From Candidatus Nomurabacteria bacterium GW2011_GWD2_36_14 (GTDB lineage Bacteria; Patescibacteriota; Minisyncoccia; Phycocordibacterales; UBA9973): a stretch of 64,000 bases of DNA. The stretch covers positions 379,200-443,199 of the forward strand of contig LBRL01000001.1 in NCBI GenBank assembly GCA_000991405.1, read 5' to 3'. The notes under the pieces were generated by a model. That model searched no databases and was not told the DNA's origin. It saw only the letters and a list, made by a program, of their open reading frames with translations. Shown here one piece after another: positions 38,779 to 47,910 of this stretch (its first letter is position 1; each line of letters begins with the position of its first letter). The position numbers and the translations under genes are program-made.

Positions 38779-39744
38779 TTAATTAAAATAAGGAATCTTC
38801 CACCATATACCAGGATTAACAAAACGCAAGTTTCTATTAAGCTCTTGAATTATCTTCATTTCTTCTTCCGATAATTCAAAATCAAATACATCTATATTTT
38901 CTTTTATTCTTTCTGGTGTAGTGCTCTTTGGTATTAAAACTGTGCCCCTCTGTATACCCCAACGAATTAATACTTGTGCTGGAGACTTTTTATGGTTATT
39001 TGCAATTTCTTTGATAGTCTTATCCTCGATTAACTCTGGGAAACCTTTGTCCTTGTAATTACCAGGGGATCCAAGTGGAGAATAAGCCGTAACAACGACA
39101 TTGTTGTATTTGCAAAATTCTACTAATTCAGATTGTTGTAGGTATGCATGTAGTTCTATTTGATTCACAGCAGGTTTGACTTTGGCATAAGAAATTAAAT
39201 CATTCAGCATAGGTGCAGTAAAATTTGATACACCTATAGCTTTTACAAGACCTGCTTGTACAAGCTCTTCCATTGCCTCCCATGTTTCTCTAATAGAAAC
39301 TTTCTCTGTGAGAAGAAAACCATTTTCATCGAGTTGTTCATTCCACCTTCCAAGTGGATTGTCTGTCGGTGTATCATTGTAAGGGATAGCTACCCCCCAG
39401 TGCATAAGGTATAGGTCTAAATATTCAAGGTTTAAATCAGCAAGAGTTCTTTCGCATGCTTTTCGTACAGATTCTTTATGATGTTCAGAATTCCAAAGCT
39501 TACTAGTAATGAAAATATCTTCCCTTTTTACTTTTCCACTTCCAAATACTTTTATAAAAGCTTCTCCGATTTCTTTTTCATTACGATATATAGCCGCACA
39601 ATCGATATGACGGTAACCACTTTCTAAAAGTGAATACTCAACTGCCTCTCCTGCCTTATCTGGCGCAGACTTCCAAGTGCCAAGACCTATTATCGGCATT
39701 ATGGCACCTGTATTTAAGATTAAATTTGTTTTTATTGAATTCAT
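38779..39744 (-). CDS. Aldo/keto reductase
   Basis: GLGTW, GYRHIDCA, ITSKLW, LYLMHW, IGVSNF, IPKS. Confidence 0.95.
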   Translation of the reverse strand: MNSIKTNLILNTGAIMPIIGLGTWKSAPDKAGEAVEYSLLESGYRHIDCAAIYRNEKEIGEAFIKVFGSGKVKREDIFITSKLWNSEHHKESVRKACERTLADLNLEYLDLYLMHWGVAIPYNDTPTDNPLGRWNEQLDENGFLLTEKVSIRETWEAMEELVQAGLVKAIGVSNFTAPMLNDLISYAKVKPAVNQIELHAYLQQSELVEFCKYNNVVVTAYSPLGSPGNYKDKGFPELIEDKTIKEIANNHKKSPAQVLIRWGIQRGTVLIPKSTTPERIKENIDVFDFELSEEEMKIIQELNRNLRFVNPGIWWKIPYFN

Positions 39745-39746
39745 AA

Positions 39747-40334
39747 TTATATTATAGGTTTAAATAATTCTATTAATTCATCTTTCTTATTCTTATCAAG
39801 TTTTGCTTCATAAAAATGATTAACAATTTCTCGTTCAGAAAAATTCTTTTTAATCCCTTCTTCAATTAATTCATCAAGTGTAACAAACATTAATTCTATT
39901 TTTTCTCCTGAATCTAAATGTGCTTCATCTATCTTTCTTAACCCTTTTGCAATAAAGGTATATACCACCCAATCAATCTTACTAGTTGGATGTTGAGCAT
40001 CCCATAGAATAAATTCTTCAGCTTCATAACCACTTTCTTCCAATAGTTCTCTCTTTGCTGCAGATAATATATCTTCACCTTCGTCTACTCTTCCTCCTGT
40101 AGTTCCAATAAATGGCTCTTTGCCGGGTTGTTCCTGTTTAGTTAGAATTATTCTTCCGTCATTAAGTACAGGAAAAACAACGACGGTATCAGATCTCTTT
40201 ATCTTTTCAAAAGTTTTCTTACTTCCATCAAACTGTTCTTGGTCCCAGTGATAAACATCGAACAATACACCTTGAAAAACTTTTGTAGCATGTTCTGGTA
40301 TTGGTTGTTTTGATTCTGGTCTTTGAATATTCAT
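39747..40334 (-). CDS. NUDIX hydrolase (ADP-ribose pyrophosphatase-like)
   Basis: GGRVDEGEDILSAAKRELLEESG; LDSGEKI. Confidence 0.85.
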   Translation of the reverse strand: MNIQRPESKQPIPEHATKVFQGVLFDVYHWDQEQFDGSKKTFEKIKRSDTVVVFPVLNDGRIILTKQEQPGKEPFIGTTGGRVDEGEDILSAAKRELLEESGYEAEEFILWDAQHPTSKIDWVVYTFIAKGLRKIDEAHLDSGEKIELMFVTLDELIEEGIKKNFSEREIVNHFYEAKLDKNKKDELIELFKPII

Positions 40335-40358
40335 GATTTTATTATACCAAGATAATGA

Positions 40359-41015
40359 TTAATTGATTTCTAAAAATTCTCCTTCACTAATAATTTTTAT
40401 AATACCATCAACAACTTCTATGGCTGAATTATCATCGAGTACATATACTTTATTTTTTATATCTTTAATTGCTTCTAAGATATTTTCTTTATTTCTTACA
40501 GGATGTTCATTTTTAAGATGAGGAAGTATATAAAAATTAACAAGGTTAATTCCATTTATATTTTCTGTTTTTTCTAAATCTTCTTTATATAATTTTTGTA
40601 ATGTATTTAATAACAAATCTGGACTTAGTATCATACTACCAGCACTTACACCTACATATACTTTTGTTTTTAATAATTCTGGCAATATTTCCCCTAAACC
40701 AGATTTATTCATCCATTCCATTAAATGAAAAGTATTACCACCCTCAAAATACAAAACATCCGCCTCTTTTAATTGAGGTTCCCATATATTCCTTTCAATA
40801 GCAGAAATATCTACTATACTAATAGATTTTAGGTTCAAATTTTTTAGAACAATAAGATCTTTAATAAACCAGTCTTTCTTATCTCCCTTTTCTACATTTG
40901 AAGCAGTTGGAATAAAAGCCAAAGATATATCTTCTGGTTTCTTACCCACTAAATCAAAAAATGATTTCTTTATAGAATCATTTGATATCCCCGCTGATGT
41001 TAATAATAGTTTCAT
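40359..41015 (-). CDS. Peptidase S51 (dipeptidase E) family
   Basis: FIPTA, GGNTF, GVSAGS, LPH. Confidence 0.88.
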   Translation of the reverse strand: MKLLLTSAGISNDSIKKSFFDLVGKKPEDISLAFIPTASNVEKGDKKDWFIKDLIVLKNLNLKSISIVDISAIERNIWEPQLKEADVLYFEGGNTFHLMEWMNKSGLGEILPELLKTKVYVGVSAGSMILSPDLLLNTLQKLYKEDLEKTENINGINLVNFYILPHLKNEHPVRNKENILEAIKDIKNKVYVLDDNSAIEVVDGIIKIISEGEFLEIN

Positions 41016-41043
41016 AATTTGATTATATACGATATTTCAAAAA

Positions 41044-41514
41044 TTAAAGATTATCTCTAATTTTCATCCAGATATTTCCAAGCATATTCTTTCCGTCCTT
41101 ATTTGGTCCTATACCCCAAAAAATATCAACTGGAGAATTCTCGATTATCTTTCTTCCTCCTGCCATCTTGAGTGCATCTTGAACATCCTCATGTTGTTTA
41201 CACTTAGCTCGTAATATTTCTTCCATAATTGTTATTTTTATTTCCGCCCAATCTTTTGGCTGTTTACTTTTATTAGCTTTTGAAATTTTAAAAACTGCAT
41301 ATGGACTTCCAGCTAATAGAATTTTATTTGCAATATCAGGCTCTATTTCAGAAAACTTTTTCCATTGAAATGCATGCTCAGAAGTTGGAAAGTCAATTCC
41401 CCAAATATTAACTTTATGTGAAGACCAGTTATTTAATGGTTCAAAAGGAACAGTAAAAAAGTATATGCTGTCCTCTGTTTCTTTATTTAATCCTTCGCTT
41501 GAATTTGGGTACAT
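41044..41514 (-). CDS. NADAR (YbiA-like) family protein
   Basis: FPTSEHAFQ..KF, W...K..IM, IIENSP.D.FWG.G..G.NMLG.IWM.IR. Confidence 0.9.
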   Translation of the reverse strand: MYPNSSEGLNKETEDSIYFFTVPFEPLNNWSSHKVNIWGIDFPTSEHAFQWKKFSEIEPDIANKILLAGSPYAVFKISKANKSKQPKDWAEIKITIMEEILRAKCKQHEDVQDALKMAGGRKIIENSPVDIFWGIGPNKDGKNMLGNIWMKIRDNL

Positions 41515-41531
41515 AAATTTATAAACTAATA

Positions 41532-41879
41532 TTACCAAACAGAAGCCTTAGTCTCAACTTCATTTTCTGGCTTCCATGATGGTGTTGTTATCAACACCAT
41601 TTTTAATTTACCTTTATAATAAATTCTAGTGTTAGGCTCAATTGAAATCATATCTCCTTTTTCGACTTCTACTTCTACATCATCTAAGAAAAAAGAGCCG
41701 TTGCCTTCTAAAACAATATAAACAAAAGTTGATTTTAAATTAGAGAACTCTTCATTGTGCCCTGTTTCTGTAGAAACTAGAACAATTCCACAATCATTAA
41801 CATTTGGATAAACATCTAGATTAGCCCCAAATTTCCCCTTTTTCTCTGTATCTGTGTTTTTAGTTAATTTATATTTCAT
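41532..41879 (-). CDS. Cupin domain protein
   Basis: YIVLEGNG.F, V.VEKGD.I.I.P. Confidence 0.8.
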   Translation of the reverse strand: MKYKLTKNTDTEKKGKFGANLDVYPNVNDCGIVLVSTETGHNEEFSNLKSTFVYIVLEGNGSFFLDDVEVEVEKGDMISIEPNTRIYYKGKLKMVLITTPSWKPENEVETKASVW

Positions 41880-41944
41880 AATTTTATTATATCAAAGTTC
41901 CAAAGTGATAAACAGGTACTAAAAATTTGCCTTATAAATAAAGC

Positions 41945-42511
41945 TTAAAAATCTTCTGGCAACTCCATATCAATAGGTAAACCCATTTGAGCCATAGGAT
42001 TTTTAGTTAAGTCTTTGACGGTAAAGTTTTGATTGTTTAATAGAAACTCCTCTTGAAGTTTGAACGGTATATATATTTTATTTGAAGGAGATTTTATGTT
42101 TCTTAAATAAAGATTTCTCAGGTTGAAAGTTAATTCATCTAGTATAGTAATAATTTCTTGTGAGTTTGACTTAGACCCAGCCTCTCCGTAGCGATGTGTC
42201 AAATAACCCTCAGATAATTGGTTTAAAAAATCAACCTTATGGATATCATCAAGTATTGAGCTGAAGTATGAATCTCTATTTTTGTACTTTTCTAAAAGCT
42301 TAACAAGGTCATGTCCTTTTTCCTGCTCATGATTAAGCTTAAGAATTGCTTTTATATAAAGTTCCATAGATTGATGTGCGTTTGAACAACCAACTGGTAT
42401 CCATCCATAAGCCAATGCTCTGCGTGCACTTATATAAAAACCATCTGCATTGGAAAAGAGGAATATAAATTGGAGTGTAGAATCTTTTATTAATTCAAAA
42501 GGGCTGGGCAT
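41945..42511 (-). CDS. HEPN domain protein
   Basis: AHQSMELYIKA, GHDLVKL, HRY motifs. Confidence 0.7.
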   Translation of the reverse strand: MPSPFELIKDSTLQFIFLFSNADGFYISARRALAYGWIPVGCSNAHQSMELYIKAILKLNHEQEKGHDLVKLLEKYKNRDSYFSSILDDIHKVDFLNQLSEGYLTHRYGEAGSKSNSQEIITILDELTFNLRNLYLRNIKSPSNKIYIPFKLQEEFLLNNQNFTVKDLTKNPMAQMGLPIDMELPEDF

Positions 42512-42538
42512 AAAAATTTAAATGACAATCTAATATGT

Positions 42539-43306
42539 TTAAATCAGATTTGTTCTATCTTTAATTAGCTTTAGTGATGTTGCATATGCAATACTGAGAG
42601 GAACTCTCATTGAAACTGGCTGCAAATTAGTCTGGCCATTTGGATTTACTTGTGAAACAAGTAAATCATCTCTTCCCCAATTCATATTTCCATTAATAAA
42701 ACCAACAACAGTTTTCTTGTCTTTCAAGAAAAGAGGCGCTCCACTATTACCACTTAAATTGATTGCATTAATTTTTATATGTTCATAATTCTCTCCACCA
42801 ATAATTGTCGTGGGAAAAGAAGAGATAATACCTTCAGTATATGCAAATGGCGTCGTGTCATGAGTATATCCAAATTGACTTGGAAAACCACCAAACGAAA
42901 CTGAATCCCCATATTTCGGGATTGATTTGATGTTTAGTTTACAAACATTTACACTCTTTTTTTCAACAGAAACTTTTAATGTAACAAGATCATAGAACTC
43001 ACTAAAGTCATTAAGTTCAGCTGTTACTCTACTCCCATCATCCAACTCAATAAATACAGATGGAATTTTATTTTTATAAAAAATATTTAATCGCTCGTGT
43101 TCATTGATATGTTGAATAGTGTTAAATTCAGGCAAGCTCCTGATGTTACGCAACTCTCCACCAAAAACAACATGGAAGCAAGTTACAAACTTTTTCTTGT
43201 TTACAAAAAAACCTGAACCTGATGATTCATTACCATTACTATATCTAATAATAATTCTATAGACTCGCTCTTTTACAAATTCTCCGTGAGGTAACTTTTT
43301 TACCAT
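42539..43306 (-). CDS. Trypsin-like serine protease, no signal peptide
   Basis: GSGFF, VTCFHV (His), YDL (Asp), GNSGAP (Ser). Confidence 0.85.
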   Translation of the reverse strand: MVKKLPHGEFVKERVYRIIIRYSNGNESSGSGFFVNKKKFVTCFHVVFGGELRNIRSLPEFNTIQHINEHERLNIFYKNKIPSVFIELDDGSRVTAELNDFSEFYDLVTLKVSVEKKSVNVCKLNIKSIPKYGDSVSFGGFPSQFGYTHDTTPFAYTEGIISSFPTTIIGGENYEHIKINAINLSGNSGAPLFLKDKKTVVGFINGNMNWGRDDLLVSQVNPNGQTNLQPVSMRVPLSIAYATSLKLIKDRTNLI

Positions 43307-43396
43307 ATTTATATTGTACCGCCATCAGAGACTTTTACAAAGTCTATATAAAATTATATTAGCGTTTCATTGATGCTCTTCGAGCTATGCTCAAAT

Positions 43397-43533
43397 TGGC
43401 TGCGAGACCTGGACCACGAGTACGTTTCTCGAACCTTACAGGTTCAGTACACCTTTTCCATTCGTGAGTACACTCACACGGAAAAGGTTTTCTCGTCCAG
43501 GGCGTATGTGAAGCAGTTCACATACTTCTGGCA
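43397..43533 (-). ncRNA. tRNA-like structured element ending in CCA
   Basis: UGCCAGA/UCUCGCA acceptor, GCCA end and several internal hairpins. Confidence 0.5.
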
Positions 43534-43558
43534 GAAAAACTCGCTGCACTCGTTTTTG

Positions 43559-43629
43559 CTGCCAGACCTGGACTCGAACCAAGATAACCTCCTCCAGAGG
43601 GAGGTGTCCTACCATTAGACGATCTGGCA
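43559..43629 (-). tRNA. tRNA-Gln(CTG)
   Basis: TGCCAGA/TCTGGCA acceptor, CCTCC-CTCTGGA-GGAGG anticodon arm, GTTCGAG. Confidence 0.95.
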
Positions 43630-43756
43630 ATGTTTATATAACTAAGCCCACAGACAAAAGCGGATGGACTGGTAATATTAAGTGACAAGAACATATTACC
43701 ATAAAACGCCAAAAATTCAATTGAAAGAACCCATAGAATAAGGTAGAATGATATCC

Positions 43757-44482
43757 ATGACAACAGAAACAAAATATGAGCCTAGGCACATAACGACAGA
43801 TGATATTAAAAATGGTTGTATAACTCTGACAGGGGGCGATGGTGAGGAAACGAAGCTCTGCATGATACAGGAAGAATTCCGTGAAGGAATAGATACTGTG
43901 AAGGTACTGGGTCCTTCGGTCACTTTCTATGGCTCAGCTAGACTAAAGCCCGACCATCCTGAATACCAGAAAGTTTACAATCTAGCATATAGAATAGCAA
44001 AGGAACTAGGAGATGTAATAATTACAGGTGGAGGAGGCGGTATTATGGAAGCGGCGAACAAGGGCGCATACGATGCGAAAGTAGAATCCATAGGTATGAC
44101 TATAAGGCTTCCTCGTGAGCAAGCTACGAACCCTTACGTTACAAAGGAATTGCCCTTCCACTTCTTCTTTGCTCGCCAAGTCTCCATGCAATACACAACT
44201 GAGGCTGTCGTCTATTGTGCGGGAGGTACTGGCACTATGTATGAATTCTTCGAAATGCTGACCCACCTACAGACTGGTAAAGTAGGACCAATTCCTATGA
44301 TTCTATATGGTACAGAATTCTGGACTCCAATAAAGAAGATACTCGAAGAGCAGTTCGTAGAAAAGTACAAAACAATCTCCGCAAGCGATCTAGAAAGATT
44401 CATAATAACTGATGACGAAGATCAGATACTCGAAATCATAAAGTATAGTAAAGTGAGAAACGGAGAGGATGAGTTGAATTAA
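43757..44482 (+). CDS. LOG family (TIGR00730-like) nucleotide phosphoribohydrolase
   Basis: TFYGSAR, ITGGGGGIMEAANKGA, GGTGT..E. Confidence 0.9.
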   Translation: MTTETKYEPRHITTDDIKNGCITLTGGDGEETKLCMIQEEFREGIDTVKVLGPSVTFYGSARLKPDHPEYQKVYNLAYRIAKELGDVIITGGGGGIMEAANKGAYDAKVESIGMTIRLPREQATNPYVTKELPFHFFFARQVSMQYTTEAVVYCAGGTGTMYEFFEMLTHLQTGKVGPIPMILYGTEFWTPIKKILEEQFVEKYKTISASDLERFIITDDEDQILEIIKYSKVRNGEDELN

Positions 44483-44612
44483 AAATACATAATAAAAATG
44501 TTCTCGAGCGAACACTTGCGCAGGCCGACTGGGCCGAGCAGAGCAAAATTTCAGCAGAAATTTATGCGTGGTGAGTCCGAGAATTTTTTTATGGAGTATT
44601 TTTAATTCAACT
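44472..44612. mobile_element. MITE-like fold-back element with 17-bp terminal inverted repeats
   Basis: agttgaattaaaaatac / gtatttttaattcaact around a GC-rich core. Confidence 0.5.
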
Positions 44613-46284
44613 AAACTTTCTTCTTGCCTTGGCAAGCTTTTATAAACGCTGTGAATAGTGGGTGGGGGGCTAGGGGTCTAGCTTTGAATTCTGGGTGGTA
44701 CTGTGTACCTAGGAAGAAGGGATGCGAGCTTGTAGGTAGCTCGGCTATCTCACAAAGGGTACCATCGGGAGAATGACCCGAGAACACCAATCCTGCGTTC
44801 TCTAAACGCTCTCTGTAAGCATTATTGACCTCATAGCGATGTCTATGACGCTCTGTGATCATGTCTGCCTTATAAGCCTTGTGTGCCACTGTACCCTTCT
44901 TTAAATGAGCTATATATGCACCAAGACGCATACTACCTCCCATATTTTTACTTTCTATTTTGGCCTTCTGGTCTTCCATGATATCTATTACTAAATTCTT
45001 CGAATTTGGGTTCACTTCACGAGTATTGGCATCTTTCAGACCAAGCACATTGCGAGCGTACTCTATAACCATCAGTTGCATACCATAGCAAAGCCCAAAG
45101 TAAGGAATCTTATTTTCTCTAGCATACCGAATAGCAGAAATGATACCTTCAATACCACTTTCACCAAATCCTCCCGGAACGATAACTCCATCGAACTTTT
45201 TCAACATAGATAATGGAATCTTCTTCGATTCAAAATCTTTGGAATTCACACAGGCAATCTCGATCCCCACTCCTGACTCATATGATGAAAACTTCAATGC
45301 TTCAAGTATAGAAATATATACATCCGAAAGGACGAAGTCACCAGAATCAAAGTACTTGCCCACTACGGCTATCTTGATCTTCTCTTTGCCATTTTTGGTC
45401 TTTGATACAAACTTTTTCCAATTTGAAAGATTGGCCGTCCTCTTAGGTAAGCTTAGGACTCTCTCGAGAGTCTCGCCCATTTTATCTTTCTCAAAGTTTA
45501 AAGGAATATCATAAATACTTTTCACATCGGGAGCAGATATGACGTTGTCTTCAGGAACATTACAGAACAATGCAATCTTCTCCTTGCGTTTCTTGTCCAA
45601 GGCAATAGGACCACGAGCTATGATAATATCGGCTTGAACTCCAGCAGAATTTAATGTACGTGAAGCATACTGAGTAGGTTTGGTCTTCATCTCTCCTAAG
45701 TTGGAAGGTACAGGCAAATAAGACACGAGTACAAAGGCAACATCGGCAGGATTCTTGGTCTTCAACATACGGGCCGCTTCTAGGAATAGAACATTCTGAT
45801 ACTCACCGACAGTGCCACCGATCTCTATAATTGTTATGTCCGAGCCTGTAATACGTGTAGCTTCCTTGATACGGTGAATAACCTCAAAAGGTACATCAGG
45901 AACTACTTCTACGTTCTTGCCTTTATATTCTAAATTACGTTCCTTGCGAATAACCTCCTCGTACACACGGCCAGTCGTCATGTAGTTGGTACGGCAAAGA
46001 TCAACTCCCAAGAATCGCTCGTAGTTACCCATGTCCTGATCGCATTCGTCACCATCATCTAGGACAAAGACTTCGCCATGTTCTGTCGGATTCATGGTCC
46101 CTGCGTCAATGTTGATATATGGGTCAATCTTGATAGAAGTTACTTTGTGACCTCTTGCTTGCATAAGAAGACCAATAGAGGAAGCGGCTACCCCCTTCCC
46201 AACGCCAGAGATGACTCCACCAACTACAAAGATATACTTGCAGTTAGATAATTTATTCTCTAGCTTTGATACGGATGATTTCAT
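44611..46284 (-). CDS. pyrG: CTP synthase
   Basis: GGVISGVGKG, KIDPYINIDAGTMNP, GLCYGMQ, RHRHRYE, QYHPE. Confidence 0.98.
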   Translation of the reverse strand: MKSSVSKLENKLSNCKYIFVVGGVISGVGKGVAASSIGLLMQARGHKVTSIKIDPYINIDAGTMNPTEHGEVFVLDDGDECDQDMGNYERFLGVDLCRTNYMTTGRVYEEVIRKERNLEYKGKNVEVVPDVPFEVIHRIKEATRITGSDITIIEIGGTVGEYQNVLFLEAARMLKTKNPADVAFVLVSYLPVPSNLGEMKTKPTQYASRTLNSAGVQADIIIARGPIALDKKRKEKIALFCNVPEDNVISAPDVKSIYDIPLNFEKDKMGETLERVLSLPKRTANLSNWKKFVSKTKNGKEKIKIAVVGKYFDSGDFVLSDVYISILEALKFSSYESGVGIEIACVNSKDFESKKIPLSMLKKFDGVIVPGGFGESGIEGIISAIRYARENKIPYFGLCYGMQLMVIEYARNVLGLKDANTREVNPNSKNLVIDIMEDQKAKIESKNMGGSMRLGAYIAHLKKGTVAHKAYKADMITERHRHRYEVNNAYRERLENAGLVFSGHSPDGTLCEIAELPTSSHPFFLGTQYHPEFKARPLAPHPLFTAFIKACQGKKKV

Positions 46285-46287
46285 ATT

Positions 46288-47208
46288 TTATTTTCTTAAA
46301 TACCTACTAATAGCAAAGAAGCTTGAAATACTTCCGAGCAGAACACCAGAACCAAGCATAATAACAAATAGTTGTAAGAAGTTGGACTTATAGTATTGAT
46401 ATAGGTTTATCCCTATAAAGTCGGTCATGTGATTCCCTAGCCAAATAGAAATAGGAATGAAGAGAAGAATCGTCAAGAGAGAAGCACAAATACCTACCAG
46501 CATACCAGAGACAATGAATGGTCCTTGGACATACTTGTGCCCTGCCCCTACTAGCTTCATGACACTAATCTCGTCTTTCGACATATATATAATGAGGCGA
46601 ATAGTATTGAAAGTAATAATAATAGAAATAATGATGAGAACGAGAGATACGGCAAAGCCTAGACTCTTGGCCCCATTGATAATGGAAGTGAGCCTGTCTA
46701 TGACCATCTTGTTCTGATGGTAGTCAATCTTGTCGATAATAGTTAGAGCTCCTTTGGATAGAGCGTTGTCGTTCTCGAAATACTTGGCAATGCTTTCGTA
46801 TTGCGAAGGATCGTTGGCTTTAATATTGAGAGACGCACCTAGAGGATTCTCGCTGAGCTCGTCGAGAGCCTGAAGAGTTAGATAGTCGTTGGAGTGCTTG
46901 TCTTTGAAATTGGATAGAGCTTCTAGTGCTGAGGTATATGTGATACTCTTGATCTCTGGTAACTTGACCAAGGATTCTTCCACTTTCTTTATAGAAGGCT
47001 CGTCGGCCCCTGGTACAAAGTAGATAGTAACGTCTACCTTTTCTTTAATATCACTTAATGATGCATTAAGAGAAGCTTGCACAAAGATAAGTGAAGTAAT
47101 GACAAAGAGAGTGATAGTCATGATCAGAATACTAGCGATGGAAGTAAAGCCACTGCGTATGAAGCTATGCCAACCTGATCGTATTATTCTTTTTGCATGA
47201 ATTAACAT
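46288..47208 (-). CDS. ftsX: Cell division permease FtsX
   Basis: Four TMs, NTIRL...EI.VMKLVGA; follows ftsE. Confidence 0.9.
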   Translation of the reverse strand: MLIHAKRIIRSGWHSFIRSGFTSIASILIMTITLFVITSLIFVQASLNASLSDIKEKVDVTIYFVPGADEPSIKKVEESLVKLPEIKSITYTSALEALSNFKDKHSNDYLTLQALDELSENPLGASLNIKANDPSQYESIAKYFENDNALSKGALTIIDKIDYHQNKMVIDRLTSIINGAKSLGFAVSLVLIIISIIITFNTIRLIIYMSKDEISVMKLVGAGHKYVQGPFIVSGMLVGICASLLTILLFIPISIWLGNHMTDFIGINLYQYYKSNFLQLFVIMLGSGVLLGSISSFFAISRYLRK

Positions 47209-47216
47209 ATACTCTA

Positions 47217-47894
47217 TTATAACATATACTTACCTTCTTTATCATCTCGGATGATGCGACCATTCTCGAGAGTTATAACACGCTTCTTTATACTATCGAC
47301 TACTCCCTTGTTGTGAGTGGTTAGAATTATGGTGGTACCTAGGTCGTTGATCTTCTTAAGGATATTTATAACTTCGTTGGCATTCATGGGGTCGAGGTTA
47401 CCTGTAGGCTCGTCGGCAATGATCAAGTCGGGCTGAGTAATGATAGCGCGGGCTATGGCAAGGCGTTGCTTCTCTCCTCCGGAAAGCTGGTGTGGGAAGT
47501 GGAAAGCTCTGTTTGTAAGATCTACGAGTTCAAGCACATGAGGAACGTCTTCTCTTATCTCATCGTCGCTCTTACCAGTGGCCTCCATGGCAAAGGAGAT
47601 GTTCTCATAGGCGGTCTTGCCTGGAAGAAGACGGAAATCTTGGAAGACGACGCCCACCTTGCGACGAAAGTTCATAAGGTCACGCTTGGAAAGCTTGTTG
47701 ATATCTGTAGATTCGAAGAAGACAGTCCCAGAAGTTGGAATCTCTTCTGCCAAGATAAGCTTGGTCAAAGTCGTCTTGCCTGCACCAGAGTGCCCGACGA
47801 TGGACACGAACTCCCCTGCGGCTATAGACAGCGTTACTTCTTCAAGAGAAGAATTATCTTTGTATTTTTTTGTAACATTATCAAAGTAAATCAT
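47217..47894 (-). CDS. ftsE: Cell division ATP-binding protein FtsE
   Basis: GHSGAGKTT, VVFQDFRLL, LSGGEKQR; ATG 47894. Confidence 0.92.
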   Translation of the reverse strand: MIYFDNVTKKYKDNSSLEEVTLSIAAGEFVSIVGHSGAGKTTLTKLILAEEIPTSGTVFFESTDINKLSKRDLMNFRRKVGVVFQDFRLLPGKTAYENISFAMEATGKSDDEIREDVPHVLELVDLTNRAFHFPHQLSGGEKQRLAIARAIITQPDLIIADEPTGNLDPMNANEVINILKKINDLGTTIILTTHNKGVVDSIKKRVITLENGRIIRDDKEGKYML

Positions 47895-47910
47895 CAATTC
47901 ATTAATTTTA

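Noticed and set aside
36752-43306. Integron cassette array or prophage
   Set aside because: No integrase, attC hairpins or phage structural genes recognised
43370-43772. ORFs 43370..43618, 43436..43630 and 43518..43772
   Set aside because: They overlap tRNA-Gln and the structured element; no protein motifs
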